Of a stretch of DNA of 64,000 bases, positions 60,649 to 64,000 are shown in pieces. Under the pieces are notes generated by a model. That model searched no databases and had not been told where the DNA came from. It worked only from the letters and a program-made list of their open reading frames with translations. The position numbers and the translations under genes are program-made. Origin of the DNA: Felis catus (taxonomy: Eukaryota); assembly GCF_018350175.1 (NCBI RefSeq), contig NC_058378.1, positions 31,558,001 to 31,622,000 on the forward strand. Reading direction: 5' to 3'. Every line of letters begins with the position of its first letter. The stretch's first letter is position 1.

Positions 60649-62011
60649 TAGGGATAGTATATAGGTGGGATGGGTCCTTAGTCTGAGGACTACCTTGGGT
60701 AATTCACTTGATTGCTCTGAGGCTCAACTTGGACGTCTGTAAAATGAGACGAGGCTATCCCTCAGTCCCTACGGGTGTGAGGAGATCAGACACTGGCAGG
60801 GGCAAACAGGTTCTGTAAACTAAGGGAAAGTACCTGATGCTGTGTCGTCTTCTTCCAAGAAAAAAAGGAAGGAGGAAAGCTAGAGACAGACCCGACTCTT
60901 TCAAAAGTTCTGCCCCTCCCAGCTGAGGGTGCTGACCACTGGTGGGGTAGTCCCTGATCTGTTCCTCGCCCCCAGTGCTTCTCCATCCGTACAGGTCACG
61001 ATGGTCTCCTTGTAAGTATGGCTTTTCCGGGGCCTGTCTCTGCAGGAATGAGGGGACCCCTTTGAAACCATTCTGCAAGCCCCCTCTTCCACCCTCCTGG
61101 GAATCCTGGCTACGATTGCGATAAACAATACTGTGTTTGAAAAAAAGACAAAGCTTTCTTCCCTCCTGCCCAGCCCCTCCCTGCTGCTTCCAGCTCCCTT
61201 GGGGGATCTAAAGCCCCCCTTCCCCTTCCACTCCTTCCATTGTATTCTTCAGGACCAAACACCAGGCCTGCAGACAGATTTCAGCTGCCTGCTGTGCAGG
61301 GAATACCTCAGGGAATACACTGTTCGGTAAGGTTGTTACCAAACTTGCTTCTAGTCGCGTCTTTTTTAGAGCATCCAACACAGGAAGGTCTGTCTGCCTG
61401 GAAATGCTTTGAAGTTTAGCCCTCCTGCCTGGATGCCTCAGTTATAAGAGGAGCAATATATTGCTCCTTTTATAGAGCACTTGCTATGTGCCAGGCCCTG
61501 TGCTCACCCTTTCAGATGGGTTATCTCAGTTAGCCCCGTAGATGAGGACATTAATGATCAGAGAAGTCTTTAGTGACAGGTGTTAACAAATGTTCATACG
61601 ATTTCTGAAATCGCCACTTTGTTCTTTATAGCTTCTATTCCTTTGCGACAGCTTTCTATCCCCACCCGCCTTTATTGCAAATGTGTTTCTAAGTGCTCAC
61701 GGAAACAATATTTTTTATCATGGCTGCTATAAAATCTTCATCGGATCATTCTAACATCTCTGTCATTTTGGTGTTGGCTTCCATTGTGTTTTGTGAGGAA
61801 TTTCGCCAGAAATTTTCAAGTTTGGAGCATAGGCCGTACCTTTGCATTGTCTCCAGGGGGTATGGTGAGGCCTGCTTTTTCATTCCTGATATTGGACCGG
61901 ATTTGTTCATTCTCTCTTTCTTTCTCTCTTGTTTTTCCTTGATTCATCCGGCCAAGGGTTATTATTTTTGTGAGTTTTTTTTTTCCTTAAAAAACTCCAT
62001 TTTTTAGGGAG

Positions 62012-62053
62012 TTTCTTTGGGCCTTGTGTTCCTTTCTTTGGGCCTTGTGTTCC
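62012..62053. repeat. Perfect 21-bp tandem duplication (tttctttgggccttgtgttcc)x2
   Basis: Read directly from the sequence. Confidence 0.92.
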
Positions 62054-63936
62054 TTTTATAATTTCTTGATAGGGGTACTTACGTCACTGACCTTCGGTTT
62101 CCTTCTTTTCAAATCCATGCTACATTTAAGGCCACAAGAGCTGCATCCCACACATTTTTCAAGTTTGCAGGAGATGAATGCTGCCTTAGTTCGGCTTTAA
62201 TTTGCATTTTCTCTAGTCAGATTGGGCATCTTTTCCTATGCCTAAATGCTATTTGGATACTTCTTTTGTGTGATTTCTGTTCATATCTTTTATCCACTTC
62301 TTCTGTTTGTTAGTCCTTATATGAATATATGCACTTATGTATTAGAAGTTATCCCTTTGTAACATAAGTAAGAAAGCATTTTTTTTCTGGTTCATTATTT
62401 TTCTTTTGACGTTGCCTAGGCCTTGAACTCAGTTTTGGATCCTCGTCCTGCTGAGGGCTTAGTCACTGACTTCTGGAGTTCAAACAGGAGAGCTCATTTT
62501 GACCCTTTCTGCCTTGTTGGGCTTTCATTTATCGCCACGTAAGGTCCACAGAACAGAGGCCACAAACACAGGCTCCAGAGACGCTTGGGCCTGCCATCTC
62601 CTGGCTATGTGATCTCAGATAAGTTTTGACAACCTGTAGACCTCAGGTTCCTCTTCTGTAATGTAAGCATAATAATTCTGCCCCTTATGGGGCCGTTCAA
62701 TCCCTAAATAAGATAATGCATCTATAATCACTCAGCACAGTGCCTGGCCCATAGTGAAGACTTGGGGCATGGTATTTTTTTTAGATTATTGTTTACCCAA
62801 ATCATGTGAACGTTTCATGAATAGCTGCTGTGTTACCCTAGTGCTGTCCTCCATCAGTGCAGGAGAAAGCCCCGGGGTCACATGCCTCTTGGCTCACCTG
62901 CTGTGTCTTTTCTGTTTTGTATGTGGAGCTCTGGATTGTGGCCAGTACCACTGGGTGCTTTGATGGCTACCCGTGAAACGGAGAGTCGGCCAGGCTCTTG
63001 GGGTGCACCCGCCATGGCACTGCCTGGGCCTCTGTTGTCTCCAAGTCTGTGTGACTAGCCTTCTGGTGGTCTTTCAGAGAAGAGGGGAGGAGAGAAGGGG
63101 TGTAACTAAAGACCACACATGGTTCCCCTGGGATGATCAAAGTTACCTGGTTACCTGTCAGCTGAGCAGGACTCACAGCTCTGGAGCTGACAGGTATAGA
63201 CTGGCCTAAGCCAGCGCTCAGGAAGGTCACCCAACTGGAAGAGCAGGCATCACAGAAGAGAAAAGAAGCCTGAGCCCTCTAGAGACATCTAAGGTCATGG
63301 AACCACACAAGCTTCCTATATTCATCCTTTTGCAAGCTAAGGGTCTCTCTGACTCCCACCCCAAGTTGTCCCCTCACACTCCCTTTTGACACCCAATAAT
63401 TCATTCAATTACGTCTATTTCTTCGCCGCCGGGTCGGAGGCCAAATCTGCCTTGTTCATTGGCTCGCATAGGCCGCCACTCTGCACGGTGGTTACATGGG
63501 TGTGTTTGTTCTGTGTGTATTCATTGGGTTCCTGGTGCAATCCCTGGTCAGTAAATACTAGTTGAATAAATGAATGGATGAATCATGGAGCATAACGTAG
63601 TTATTTAGGCCATTCACCCACTACATGCCCGAATCCTTGCCTCAAGATTCCTACCAAGCGTGTGCCAGAGTTTGTCAATAAAACAGCTCTGGTGACAGAA
63701 AGCTCTCTACTGCTCGAGGCTCCCTGTTTATTTTGTGTAGTCCTGTTGGGCGGCAAAGCTCTTCTTAATGCTGAGCTGAAATATATTTCCATGAGGCTTC
63801 CAGTTGGTATTCTTGTTCTTCCCTTAGGGTCTCATAAAGCAAACGTAGGTCTTCCTTGTGATCACAACCCTCCAGACAAATGAAGCTAGTGGACACATCT
63901 ACCTCTTGTCCAGGCTAATTATAAAATCATTGACTA

Positions 63937-64000
63937 GGGGCGCCTGGGTGGCGCAGTCGGTTAAGCGTCCGACTTCAGCCAGGTCACGATCTCGCGGTCC
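63937..64000 (+). mobile_element. Young SINEC_Fc-like head, cut by the window edge
   Basis: Same head as the copy at 26987. Confidence 0.9.

Noticed and set aside
1-64000. CRISPR arrays, prokaryotic operons, rRNA, snRNA or a numt
   Set aside because: None seen; the sequence is ordinary mammalian nuclear DNA.

Overview
Mammalian genomic DNA from a felid, judged by the dense cat-type Can-SINEs (SINEC_Fc-like). It is a draft assembly with four N-gaps. The window holds the last 11 coding exons of ADAMTS14 (+ strand, 735-23014, 636 aa, frame intact) and the whole TBATA locus (- strand, about 46813-59654), separated by about 22 kb of repeat-rich DNA. The main observation is in TBATA. Eight of its nine coding exons are intact with canonical splice sites, but the exon at 54103-54196 carries a short, hairpin-forming insertion that shifts the frame and gives a premature TGA (about 173 aa instead of about 352 aa). 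Several nearby AG dinucleotides could restore the frame. Gene identities rest on my recall of the human proteins; no database search was run.
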